Assembly: GCA_977017645.1 (NCBI GenBank)
Contig: OZ360223.1
Span: 204,352,001 to 204,416,000 of the forward strand
Origin: Torpedo marmorata
Taxonomy: Eukaryota
Length of the DNA stretch: 64,000 bases
Reading direction: 5' to 3'
Numbering within the stretch: position 1 is the stretch's first letter; each line of letters opens with the position of its first letter. The notes under the pieces were generated by a model, which had not been told where the DNA came from, did not search any database, and saw only the letters and a program-made list of their open reading frames with translations. The translations under genes were made by a program, and so were the position numbers. Shown one piece after another: positions 50,700 through 63,744 of the stretch.

Positions 50700-53640
50700 G
50701 TGACTAGGAACAGAACCTGTAGGAGTTGGTATTTTCATGCACCACCTGTCTTGTTTTTCTTGGTGCTGGAGATCATTGTTTTGCACAATGATGCCAGAGC
50801 AACTGAAGCGAATAACTGCAGTGTATTTTGTCGATGGCAAATACTGCAGCCTCTGTGTTCCAGAGATGGAGAATGTGACTAGGTGGTGGATAGGATGCTG
50901 ATCAAGGGGGATACATTGTCCTGGATGCTGCTGAGCTTCCTAAATCTGTTGGTACTCTATTCATCAATCAGACTCTTGGTATATGCCTTTTCGATGGTAG
51001 AGAAGCTTTGGGAGATCCGGATATGCAGCATTCCCAGATTCTGACCTGCTGTTCAGACACTACTTAAGTCCATTTGAGATTATACTCAATGGTAACCACT
51101 GGGACATTAATGGTTATGCCATTGAATATCATGACTACAAGATTAGAAATGGTAATTGCCTGACTGTTTAGTGACACAAATATTATTTGGTGCTTACATG
51201 GTTGAATATTGTCGAGGTCTTACAGTGAATACAATTGGACTTCTTCAAACCTGTGGTGTTGCGAATGGAATCGAACATTGCATAATCAGCAGTGAACATC
51301 CCTGCCTCTTGTTATAAAGGGAAGGTTATTGGTGAAGGAGCTGAGATGGTTGGCCCTGGGAGACTGTCCTGATGAACTCCTACAGTGATATTCTGGGACT
51401 GAACTTCAAAAACCACAACCAGATTATCTTGTGCAAGGTATGACTCCAACTACAGGGGTCTTTCCCCTTTCATGTTCATTGACTTCAGGTTTACCTGGGT
51501 TCCTTGGTCTCATATTCAGTATCATGGTGCCTCAATGGCAAGGGCTATTCCTCTCGCCTCACTTCCTGTTTTCTCCTCTGAGATCTGGAGCAGAATGTTC
51601 TTGGTTCAGAAACCCAAACTGGGCATCAATAATCGGTTTATTGGAGGGTAAATGCCTCGACAACCATTTATTGCCAACATTGTCTATCATTTTTCCTGGA
51701 TGAGTGTAGTTTCAACAATACTCAAGAACCTTGAAACCATTTAAGACAAAGCAGCCTTATCGGCAAACACTAAAGCTGCAGATGCTGGAATCTTGAGCAA
51801 ATAAAGGATTGTTGGAGGAACTCAGTAGATCAGACGGCGTCCATGGGTAGAAATGTTCAGTTAACATGTCTAGACCCTTTATCAAGATTATGACAAAATA
51901 GGTAAAATTACATACATAAAGGGGGAAGGAAGCCAGGGGTGATAGATGAAGGGTTAGGGCCCAAAATGTTAACTGTCTATTGCCTTCCATTGATGCTACC
52001 TGATCCACCAAGTTCTTCCAGCATTTAGTGTGTTCCTCCAGATTTTAAGCATCTGCTGTCTTTCTTGTTTATCTGCATGTTTCCCTGCAATGTCACACAT
52101 CATTCTGACTGAGGAATATATTGCTGTTCCATTATCATTGCTGAAACTAAATCCTGAAACTTCATATCCAGTGTAATTGAGGGAGTACTGTAGAGGTTCA
52201 AAATGGTGATAGTTAGGGATAGGCAATAATTGCTGGCCTTGATGGAAAAGCCCTGGTCCCAAAAACTGACAATAGATTGATTAGTCAATGTTTAGCCAGT
52301 TTTAATTTCTTAATATGGATAGGAGAAGCCTGGTAATTTTTCGCACTTTGTCTGAATGTCAGTGTTGTATCTTTATTGAACAGTTTAGCCAGAGGCATGA
52401 ACACAAAAAAGTGCTGGAGAAACTGAATAGGTCACACAGCATCTGTAGGAAGGAAAGGCAGTTGACGTTTTGGGCCTGAGCTATTTGGCCAGACACAAGG
52501 GTAGTTTTCAAGTTTAAGCCTCCATTGCTAAAACTGGGATATTGAATGCACTGTTCAAAGTTCAGATTTATTGACAGAGTACATACATGACATCACATAT
52601 GACCCTGAGATTCTTTTTCCTGCGGGGCAGGCAGAATTTCTACTTATCTGTAGTGCAAAAAAACCTGTACCCAAGAAAAGATAAGTATACAAAAGTGAGA
52701 AATGTAAACAAATAAAATTGCAAACAAACTGTGCAATACAGAAAATAAATATTTAATAATAAATAATGTGCAAAGTAAGAATACAGTACTTAAATGAGTC
52801 TCTGATTAAGTTTGTTGTTTAAGTCCGATGGTGAAGGGGTAGCAACTGCTCCTGAACCTGGTGGTACGAGTCTTGTGGCACCTATACTGATGGCAGCAGC
52901 AAGAACAGAGCATGTCCTGGGTGGTGTGGATCCTTGATGATTGCTGCTGCTCTCTGACATCAGCGTCACATGTAGATGTTCTCGATGGTGGGGAGAGTTT
53001 TGCCTCTGAGGTACTGTGGAATTGCTGTTCATATGCTTAGCCATTTCTTCATTTCACCTAGAGTGAATAATGACTAATGATGGTGGAGATTGCAGGATGT
53101 CGAGATCAACCATTGGCTTGATAAATCTGGCTGAACATGTTGCAAATGCTTCAGTGTGGTCTTTGGGCCTCACATGCTGGAGCCGGAGATGTTCTTGCTG
53201 CCTCCTTTAATTGTTCAGCACCATTTGTGACGAGACATGGTAGAGATGCTGAGCTTTGTTGAGGGATTGCCTATTGTACACTTTTTTTTTTGCTGTTTGG
53301 CACACAGGTGATCTTCTGTTACAGCATGTCCTTCTGCACTCCTATTAAGCATCGGCATAGCGAGAGATGTACTGGGCCATGAGGAAACAGATTATGGTGA
53401 TATATATTTCAGCCGTGGTGGCTGACAATCCCTAACATCTCATCGTGTCCAAGGTTTCAGATTCCAGATCAGAATTGGATCTCCCCCATTTAACATGGTA
53501 ATACTGCCTTACAACATGATTCAGGGTGTCCTTAATATGAAGAAGTGACTTTGTCTCCAGAATAACTACACAGTAGCCAGCCACTCTGATTACGCTACTG
53601 TAGACAAATGTGTTTATAACAGATGCAATGGTGAGGACTA
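50700..53640 (-). mobile_element. Ancient degraded LINE interrupted by younger fragments (inverted Penelope-type repeats ~51775-52060, ~52400-52485; Rex1/L2-type 3' end ~52555-53005)
   Basis: Pattern recognition of repeat-like sequence; TTCAGATTTATTG tail at ~52560; boundaries approximate. Confidence 0.45.
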
Positions 53641-53827
53641 AGATCAAGATCATCCTATTTTAAGATTATTTTCTTTTCACTTTTTCTCAAGGTAGTGACA
53701 AATTTGTGGACATTGTGTCACAGATTCTTACTAATTTCTTGCCCAAGTTGCCAATTTTCATGTACACTGACAGGTTATTCAACCATACAATGTGTTACAG
53801 CTTCACTTTATTTGATTCACTTAGTAT

Positions 53828-54737
53828 TGTTATGGACCATGACTGACCATTTGGACTGTGGTCAGTCAGCAGGAAGGATGAAGTCCTTTGGAGTACACAC
53901 TGGGACCAGGTACTGAAAGAGTTAACTTGCCCAGGACTGGGTGTGCTCACAGAGAGAGAGACAGAGAGAGACAGAGAGAGACAGAGAGAGACAGAGAGAG
54001 ACAGAGAGAGAGAGAGAGAGACAGGCTGTGGAAAGATACTTTGTTGCACTTTTGCAAAAGCAGCTACAAACCCCTGCAAAAAGCATCCAGTTCTGAGTTG
54101 CAAGAGGCTGAAGCAACAACAACAAAATCCAGGCTTGTGCATTCCAGGGGAAAAGGCTGGGAGAATAACACATGGCCTCCTGTATCAGCAAAATCCTGAG
54201 TTAAAGCAACTTTTGTGGAGAACAGGCGTGAGATCAGCGAGACAGGCTGTGAGATCCAAGTATACGCCTCAATCAAAACTAATTTGGAATCGCAATCCTC
54301 GTGTGCCTACCAAATGGGAAAGTCATCAGGGAAGAAAAGCAAGCCAAGCATTCGTAAGCTTAAACAGTCATTGTATCTCTTTCCAACGTTCATTAAGAAG
54401 TCCTTCGTGCCAGCGCACAGAGCTGAATTTGGACCCTGAATATAGAGAGTGATTTTTGTGGACTGTATTTTTGGGACTGACTTATTTTTATGACTGATCT
54501 GAGGGCTTTTGGGGAAGATTTTCCATTTTTACATGAGGTTTGGGCACAGACTGTAATGGTCTGGGCTTTACACACACACACACACACACACACTTTAGAT
54601 AAGAATAGTGTTTATAAACATTTATAGTGGGGTTAATTGTTGTGAAATTAAATGTTTAATTGTCTTTAATAAATATAAATTTCAATTTTGCCCATTTTGC
54701 ATTGTGTCTTCTGTCGTTGCTGGTTGAATTTGTAACA
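53828..54737 (+). mobile_element. Solo LTR (probably gypsy-type)
   Basis: TGTTA...TAACA termini, perfect 4-bp TSD GTAT (53824-53827, 54738-54741), internal GA/GACA and CA microsatellites. Confidence 0.9.
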
Positions 54738-55031
54738 GTATCCATATGTATCACTTTCCATCTGAAGGAATACACAAAACCTGGATTACCAACTTCTTTT
54801 TATAAAATCCCAAGTTCTTCTCAGGTACACATTAGTTAACTTACCTTTGACTGTAAATCAAAACTGAAATCTCTTTAGTTTACTGGGCCTTTAACCCGTT
54901 GGCCATTGGAGGAGAATGCTCATCCAATGCTCATCAGTTTATTCATCCATGTTTGAAGCAAATACTCAGGAAATCCCTTTTTTGTCTGTGAATCAGCAGA
55001 AGTTGTTAACATATGGCATGAAAAATTAGTA

Positions 55032-55390
55032 CAGGTGCCTAACCTTTTATCCGAAAACCTTGGGACCGGACACTTTTCGGAATTTGAATTTTTTCGGATT
55101 ATAGAATTATAGAGGCCGTCGTCTCCGGTGCTGCCGGGAGTCCGACGTCCCCGCTGCTGTCGACCCGGGAGGCCGACGTTACCGGCCCCGTTGTGATTTG
55201 GAACTCCGATTCAGGATCTTACCTGCCGGGAGGCCGATGCTGGATCCGCTCCTGCTGGGAGGCCGATGCCGGTCTTCCTCCTGACCTGCCGGGAGGCCGA
55301 CAACGGCCCCTTTCCTGCCGGGAGGCCGATGCCGGTTCTGCTCCTGACCTGCCGGGAGGTCGACGCCGAACATATTCCTGACCTGCCAAA
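55032..55390. repeat. Tc1/mariner(pogo)-like terminus followed by a GC-rich minisatellite (CCTGCCGGGAGGCCGA core, ~29-34 bp units)
   Basis: TA|CAGGT start at 55030-55036; at least 5 repeat units at 55222-55387. Confidence 0.6.
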
Positions 55391-56969
55391 ACCTAACTTA
55401 ATAATACACTTCCATGCTTTATAGAAATTTAACCAGTAAAGAATGGCAAGTTGCATTTACTAAATCCTAAAATTGTAAATTGACCCGCTGCCTGTATTGA
55501 ACATTGAGTCATATTTCATGGAAACAGATTTCACGGAAGGACTGGAGTGATTTGACCGAACCTTAGGATTGCTGAATTACTCCAAACTGTCTTACGAGTG
55601 CCTTTATTACTCCTTTTGTTTGTTATTTAAATCGTGACAAGAGAGCATTCAGAAGAGAGACCAGAGGACTACGTTGTGAACTGGCATGAGGAACAATGAG
55701 GCTGAAGTACAATATTCAGACAACATTAAAATATGGATTGATAGATCCTTTTTACATTACACATTAACAGCCTAGCTTCTTCAATTTATTTTTACCTCGC
55801 ATCCTGATAAAAGTACCGTAACTGATTTTTTTTTTCAAAATATTCTGCAGGATTCTCAGGGTGAAGATTGAATTGTATTGATGAAGTTGGGAATATTAAA
55901 GTAATCATTGTAAGGAATTTTGGAATTAAATTGTTTCGCTTCATTCACCTATTTCTGTAATAATAGCTAAAGCTGTAAGTAGGCTTTATACAAAACAAAA
56001 CTCAATGTGAAAAGAAACATTGTGATTTAGTAATTGCTTTTCTGTTTTGATTTCTGCATTTTATGAATAGAAGCACAATGTTGTATTGTCAAATAAAAAT
56101 ACAATTACTGTGGTTTTGTAGCATTGAAAAGTTTTCTTGTTGTTCAGAAAAACATCTTTTGTATGGACTTGATTAAGGAGCGGAAAATAATCACAGAAAT
56201 TTCTTATCTGCATATTGATTTTTTAAACATCTTTTTGAAAAACAAGAAAACATTTTAATACCATTCATTTAAAAAAGGCAGTATCCCATTAATAAGGAAT
56301 GACAATATGTTTTGGGATTCTTTTACTTTTTTGAATGGCCTTGCAAAAATTTTTTTTTTTAAAGTAAATTCAGTGATAGGATCCCGCTGATCCAAATGGA
56401 ATGCAAGTATCTAGAGGGTTAATTCTTTACGAAGAAATGGTTTCTTTCTTTTAGTATTCTGAGTCATTCGTTTGCATTTGATGGCACCAGACTTAAGTTT
56501 TACAATTCAGCTGTTTTTTAACATGATGGACTGAAAGTGTGTGTAGATTATAGCTCTCCCATTTCTGCTGGCTATCAGGCCGTCAGTAATGGAAGCCTAG
56601 CTACTGGCATGATGTGAAACTAATGGTCATAATTGCCCTCAGTGTTTGACAGGGCCGCTATCACAGCTCTTGAAAACTCTGTATTTGAAGTAAAATTTAC
56701 AGTAAATTACACCATACTGGCAAAATGAGCAGTGAATCCACACACATATACAACCAGTCTTCCTGCTTCACTCTAATTGTATCTATCCACTGCAGAATTT
56801 GGCTATATATCTAAATGATATGTGGGTACAATGTTTGACAGTTATTATATTGTTAAATGCTGGAGTGAATTTACACTTCTTGCCGAGCAGAAAAGTAGGA
56901 TTGGTCTTCTGGAGTTAAGAAAATAAAAACGTAGTATCACCTGAATGTAACCTTTTTTTGAAAACCACC

Positions 56970-57900
56970 CAGATAAAGTCCCAAGTGCCTGGAAGATGAT
57001 TGACAATAAATAAACTTGTAAAACAAATAGTCAACTATGGACCCATTAGTCTTGCTTCCACTCCATGTAAAATACTGAAATCAATTATCAGGAGTAAACT
57101 TAAGTACTTTCTGTACAACCATAATGTAGCTAACATGATTCCAGATGGGGATGATTCTGACTAACCATCCTTCCTCAGGAATTAACAAATGATGATCTGT
57201 TTTTTAGTATTTGAACATGTCTTGCAAGAGTTTTTGGTAAACTTCCACTAAAAATAGTTTTTAATTGAGATGAACATTTTGAAGATTTAAATTAATCTCA
57301 AAGATTAAATCATAAAACTTGCTGATGGAACGGAAACAAACTTTATAAATGAGTTAAATTAGAGTATGCAGAAAAGCCAAATTAGTAGGCTAGTGATGGG
57401 ACCATTGATATTTCGAATTTCCAAGTTGTTATATTTGTGGATGATTACCATCTTGGAATGACACCAGCATCATTTCAAAAATCACAGGAATTGGGGAGTA
57501 CATGCAAAAGAGCAGGACAATTTATTGCAGACAGGTCAAGTGCTGTAAGCAGGAAGAAGAAATAAAGAATACCCCCATCCCTGTGCATGCTGTTAAAAGA
57601 ACCAAAGATGGTTTAAAAAAAAAAGTGGCATAAGGTGCATAATCATACATACTCAAAATATTGACATACTTCAGGAGGTGATGATCAAACTTTATGTTGT
57701 TTAGTCAGAGTCCATCCTGAATATCCATCAGTTCTGCTCACCAAGAAACAAGTGAGACATTCAAGCACTGGAAGGAGTTCGAGCAAGAATCACAAGAGTG
57801 GTCACAAGGTTCAGATACCCGACTTATGAAAGGAGTCAGGAGAAATATGTTTTTCAGCCTAAAAAGGTGTTTTTAATATAGATTAATGTATGTATCATTA
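56970..57900 (+). mobile_element. Very old CR1-like relic
   Basis: Scattered remnants NYGPISLAS, FVDD and LVRVHPEY. Confidence 0.45.
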
Positions 57901-58581
57901 TTTTTAGTCTGATTTCAGGAATTATTTTATAGTCAAGTTGTGATCAACTGTTGACCTTTTGATAAAGTAGTGGCGGCAAATGCCCAGAATCATTTGATGG
58001 TGTAAAGGGGAAACATTTGGCTTTCTGGATGAATGAGTTATGTTGGATCAAATGGTCTTCTGGCCCATGCTTACTTTGTGCTATTGTGGCAAAAAAATCA
58101 CGGAATTCAAATATTAAAAAAACTGAGTATAAAGGAAATTCATTCCTATTAAATTCTTACCCTGACCCAAACTCTGTAATAAAACCCAAAGTTGGGGCAC
58201 TAGATTATGCATTAGAATACGTTTGTTGTATTCCTGAAAACAATGCAGAGATTGGCTCCCTACAGAAGCACTGTCTGTTGGAGACCATCCTGCAAATGTA
58301 TAATACCAAAGCCTGACTTTACTCTGGCATCAGGTTTGCACAGATGGAGGATTGGAATGGTTGCTCTGGCTGCTCTGAGTATGTTTCAAGTATGTATTCT
58401 TTCTGCTGCAATGATTCCATATCAGGGTGTGTCTGTGAGGAAATGAAGGATGATGAAACTTGTGGAGATATGACTGTTATTAAATCTGAGCAAGTTAGCT
58501 ATTTCAAAAGCTAGTCAGAACAGCAAAATAGTTAATGAAGTGAATATTATCTAATATCAGGTTAAGTTGAACAGAAAACAA

Positions 58582-58809
58582 GGCGGCACGGTTAACACAA
58601 CGCTGTTACAGCACCAGCGAGCGGGACTGGGGTTCGAATCCCACTCTGTCTGTAAGGAGTTTGTCTAGTGGGTTTCCTCTGAGTGTTCCGGTTTCCTCCC
58701 ACCATTCAAAAACATACCGGGGATGTAGGTCAATTGAGTTTATTTGGGTGGCACGTGCTCGTGGGCCGAAAGGGCCTGTTACCGTGCAACATGCCTAAAT
58801 TTAAAATTT
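58582..58809 (+). mobile_element. V-SINE (HE1-like)
   Basis: GGCGGCACGGT head, GGTTCGAATCC B box, V-domain, possible TSD AAAACAA. Confidence 0.88.
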
Positions 58810-59556
58810 AAAACAAATACAGTTTTAAATTGCAGAACTGTGCTCATATGGACATTGTCAAAATGTAATACCATTTCAGTAAGCTGGCAAATGCAATCTG
58901 TATCTAAATAACCAGTCTTGTATGTGCAGGAATACTTGATACAATATAGTTCATGAAAGATCCAAATTCTTGAACCTTCAAGGATATCAAGCCAAAAATA
59001 ACACACCCTGCTTTCCCTGTCTGGGCAGAGGCTGACCGGTTGGTCATCCTTTCATACAGCGGACCGACAGCTTTGTTTGGTTAATGCAGATCCCTGGCCC
59101 ATGAGAATGTTTAGTCTGGATGACTTCAATGACTCTGACATCCTGTGCATCACGAACATCTGCAAAACTAATTTCTTCTTACAAAGGCCCCAGAATACTT
59201 GTAACCAAAGGAAAGTCTTGACACCACATATAATATAGCATCGTAATGACTGTTAATTGCTATCACAAAGTTAAACGGGCTAAGAGTCAGAGGTGCAGAG
59301 CATGTTTTGTTTAATGTATTTCTGACTTAAGGTAAATTTCATATATTTTATCCAAAAATTGGTGATTGTGTTTCATTAAAAGTGGCTTTACAGATTCTGT
59401 AAGCCAAATGTAACCAATTTCTAAATGAAAAAGAAATTGCATTGAAATAACTCAGAACTTCAAAGGTTTGAATTTTTATGTATGATGGGCAGCAGTAAAT
59501 TGTTTTCACATCTTTCTCCTGCACCTTCTTCTGCTCCAAAGCTCCAACTCGCATAA

Positions 59557-59825
59557 GGGTGAAAGGGGAAAGGTTTAGAGGGAACATGAGGGGGAGCTTC
59601 TTCACACAGAGAGTGGTGGGAGTGTGGAACAAGTTGCTAGCTGAAGTGGTGAATGCGGGCTCAATTTTCATTTTTAAGAAGAATTTGGACTGGTACATGG
59701 ATTGGAGGGGTATGGAGGCCTATGGTTGTAATGCAGGTCAGTGGGACTAGGTAGAATAATAGTTCAGTACGGACTAGAAGGGCTGAAGGGCCTGTTTCTG
59801 TGCTGTATTGTTCTATGGTTCTATA
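59557..59825 (+). mobile_element. CR1 (HER1-like) 3' end
   Basis: FFTQRVVGVWNKL ORF end; tail GAAGGGCCTGTTTCTGTGCTGTA followed by TTCTATGG repeats. Confidence 0.88.
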
Positions 59826-60700
59826 GGCAAAAACTGCATTCCCTTGCTTGAGAATGCATGTTGACTTTAAAAATAATCATTAAATATATTCAGAATGGAA
59901 GAAGAACCTTTGGCTTCTTTTGCTGAGACAAGCTCTTTGTACGAGAAATCCAAAGCTTCTCCCATTGCCATCCACTTTACCCCTCACCTTGGAGAACCAC
60001 TTAAAGCCCCCATGATATAGGTACCTGTATTTGGAATGTTTTGAAACTTATTCCTTCAGTATCTCATCAGTGAAGTTCAAAATGAAAATATTTTGAGTGT
60101 GGAATGCTTTGATGCAGAATTTCTAGGGAAACTTGAACTTGTAAAGATTTCTGAGTAAAGATTGTGTTTTACTCCTTTCAGAAAGGTAGATCGCATTGGG
60201 AAAATTTTGTCAGTGTTTATACCCATGTAACACAATATTAAAACCATTTGAAAATATCCTTCCAGTCACGTTGACACCTATTAGCCGTTACTTCCTGACA
60301 TTGAACACATTTTAGAATCAACTTGCCTATTTTCTTTGATTCTCTTGTTATTTTACTTTTCTAATCAGTCTGCCATGTGGAACTTTGTCCAAAGTCTTGC
60401 TTCTATCCAGGCCCAATTGCACTTTCCTCAATAAACCTCCTGTTATATCTTCAAAATTTTCAAAGCAATTAGTCAGCCAAGAGTTTCTATGCTGGTGGCA
60501 TTTGATTAATTTTTGCCACTCTAAATAAGGTTGACCAATACTGCTCAAACTCAACCCAGAGCTTAGCCCGACAGGCCAGACTCAGTCTATCCCTTTCTCC
60601 CACTTTTTAAACAATTGAGCCATGTTAGCTGCCTCCCAGTGTTTCAGTAATTTTCCTGGAGTCAAAGAAGTTTTGAAAATGATAGACAGAGCCTCTGAAA

Positions 60701-60986
60701 CCAAAAATTACAAAATATATATAACCTTCAGGATAAGCTGCTCAGCTGTTTTTTGTTAGTTTTTTTTTATTAGAGTAGGTGAGGTGGTTTTTTAAAAATA
60801 AATATAATACTTTTGATGGTTTTTTTTCATTGTCACCTATTGCAGTAGAGGGGGGAATCGAATTTATACTATTTGAAGTTTTATTTTAATATATATATAC
60901 ATATGTGATATTGTGTTTTCAATTTCATTCCCTTTTCTTCATTGTATTGTATTTCTTATAAAAATTAATAAAAAAGATTGAAAAAG
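60701..60986 (+). mobile_element. Short L1-type 3' UTR insertion inside a CR1 relic (~60330-61050, minus strand)
   Basis: 17-bp TSD AGACAGAGCCTCTGAAA at 60684-60700 and 60987-61003; AATAAA and A-rich tail. Confidence 0.8.
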
Positions 60987-61055
60987 AGACAGAGCCTCTG
61001 AAATTTCCTACGCCTTGGCTTAAAAACCTGGGATATCTTTTAATATACTGGGCAA

Positions 61056-62613
61056 TTCAGAATCAGAATTTATTGTCATGAACAAGTCATGAAATTCGGT
61101 GTTTTGCGGCAGCATCATCGTGCAAACATTCATATTATAACCATCTTATGACATTATAGAAAAATAAAATATATAAATAATAGTGCACGAAAGGTAAGGC
61201 AGTGCCTTTGGTTCATTGATTATGTAGGAATCTGATGGCAGCGGGGAAGAAGCTATCCTTGTGACTTTAGGCTCCTGTACGTTTTTCATGATGGTAGCAA
61301 AGTGAAGAGGGCATGGCCTGGGTGATGGGGGTCTTTGAGGATAGAGGCTGCTTTTTTAAGACACCGTCTCGTGTAGATGTTCTCGATGGAGTGAAGTCTG
61401 GTGCTTGTGATGTCACAGGCCGAGATAACAACCCTCTGGAGTTTATTCTTGTCCTGAGAGTTGGCGCCTCCATACCAGGCAGTGATGCAACCAGCCAGAA
61501 TGCTCTCCACGGTACACGTGTAGAGCTTTATGAGAGTCTTCGGTGACATACCGAATCTCTTCAGACACCTCACAAAGTATAGCCGCTGGCAAGCCTTCTT
61601 TGTGATTACATCAACGTGGAGGCTCCAGGGCAGATCCTCGGAGATGTTCACACCCAGGAATTTGAAGTTCTTGACCCTTTCCACGACTGAGCCCTCGATG
61701 TTCCCCTGACTTCCTCCTGAAGTCCACAATCATCTCCTTGGTTTTGCTGACGTTGAGTGCAAGGTTGTTGTCGTTATACCATTCAACGAGCTGATCTATC
61801 TCCCTCCAGAACGTTTCCTCATTGCCGTTTGTGATTCTGCCGACAACTGTGGTGTTATTGGCAAACTTGTAGATGGCATTGGAATTGTGCCTGGCCACAC
61901 AGTCATGGGTGTATAATGAGTAGAGCAGTGGGCTAAGCACGCAACCTTGGGGTGTGCCTGTGTTTATAATCAGAGAGGAGGAGACGTTGTTTCCAATTCG
62001 TACTGACTGTGGTCTTCCGATGAGAAAGTCAAGGATCCAGTTGCAGAGGGGGGTACAGAGGCCTAGAGTTTGTAGCTTCTTGACCAGAACTGAGGGAATA
62101 ATGGTAATGAAGGCCGAACTGTAGTCAATGAAGAGCAATCGTATGTATGAATTGCTGTTTTCGAGGTGATCCAGAGCTGAGTAGAGAGCCAGCGATATTG
62201 CATCTGCTGTGGAGCGATTGTGACGATAGGCGATGTGTACTGGGTCCAGATCTTTGCTTAGGTACGTGTTAATTCTGGCCATGACCAGCCTCTCAAAGCA
62301 TTTAATCACAGTAGAAGTTAGTGCTACTGAGCGGTAGTCGTTGGGGCAGCTCACACTACTCTTCTTGGGTACCGGGATGATTGATGCCCTTTTGAAGCAG
62401 GAGGGAACCTCTGACTGCCACAATGAGAGGTTGAAAATGTCCGTGAACACTCCGGCTAGTTGGTTGGTGCAGATTTGCAGTACCCTGCCAGGTGCGCCAT
62501 CAGGGCCTGATGCCTTGCGAGGGTTCACCCTCTTGAATGATGTTCTGACGTCACCCTCAGCGACAGATATCACAGGGTCCTCAGCCTTTTCAGGGATTCT
62601 AGTTGGCACTGTT
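61056..62613 (-). mobile_element. Rex1/Babar-type LINE, 5'-truncated, copy 3
   Basis: Colinear with copy 1; catalytic FADD mutated to FANN. Confidence 0.88.
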
Positions 62614-62713
62614 TGTTCAGTTATGAAGGTGATAATCCTTTAATATTTCCCCCCACTCTCTATTTTCATCCTGACTAATACTTCACACTATTCTACCTTT
62701 AACAACAAAGTTT

Positions 62714-63622
62714 GCATCTACAGGATCCCACCACCAGGCACATTTTTCCTTCTCCTCCCCTTTCGGCCTTCCGCAGGGACCGCTCCCTCCGCGATTCCCT
62801 CGTGCACTCATCCCTCCCCATCCATCGCATCCCCGGCACCTTCCCCTGGGCACGCAGGAAGTGCAACACCTGCGCCCACACCTCCCCCCTCACCATGGTC
62901 CGGGGCCCCAAACAGGCCTTTCAAGTGAAGCTACACTTCACTTGTATATCCAGAGAACTTATTTACTGCATCTGGTACTCCCTTTGTGGCTTTCTCTACA
63001 TCGGAGAGACCGGTCGTAGATTGGGGGATCGCTTTGCTGAGCACCTCCTCTCCGTCCGCAACAACAGCGACTTCCCAGTAGCCAGCCATTTCAATTCCGA
63101 GTCACACTCCCACACTCGCATGTCTATCCATGGCCTTATGTACTATCCCACCTGGTCCTGGAGAAACACTATCTCGTCTTACTGTGTATATGGTAATGAA
63201 CGACAAATAAAGGTGACTTGACTTGACCCAGACTACCCGCAAATTGGAGGAACAACATCTTATTTTCTGTCTGGGCACTCTCCAGCCAGATGGCATTAAC
63301 ATTGACTTTTCTGCTTTCCACTAAACCTGCTTGTCTTTTCCTTCCCTTCCCCCCTCACCTGTCCTTCCAGTTTTTTTCCACCCACCCAGCCATCCCTCCT
63401 CCCCCTCTTTGCTGCTGTCCCCTCCCTCCATTCTCCACCTATCATCTCCTGCCTTTGCCTACCCCCCTTCCCCCTCCCTCACTCTTTTGTTCGGACACCT
63501 GCCGGCATTTCCTCATACTTTGATGAAGGGCTCAAGCCCGAAACATCGGTTATGTATTTCTACCTTTGCTACATAAAATACACTGTTTGACCTGCTGAGT
63601 TTCTCCAGCATTTGTGTTTTTT
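62714..63622 (+). mobile_element. Penelope-like element 3' part: GIY-YIG endonuclease remnant plus terminal repeat
   Basis: LIYCIW.SLCGFLYIGETGRRLGDRFAEHL; terminal repeat matches 13805-14093. Confidence 0.9.
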
Positions 63623-63744
63623 GCATCAACCCCTTCTTTTGTGGAGTCAGGCCCAGAGTATTCATTTACCATGCCTGCATGTTCCACCTCAGTTAATGTA
63701 TTATTTTCCTGGTCTCTGTTGGGCCCAACTCTTATTGAAATTAA

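Noticed and set aside
21621-54737. One giant LTR element bounded by the two similar LTRs
   Set aside because: The right LTR has its own TSD, the left sits inside a hAT element, and the interval holds a host gene with no gag/pol
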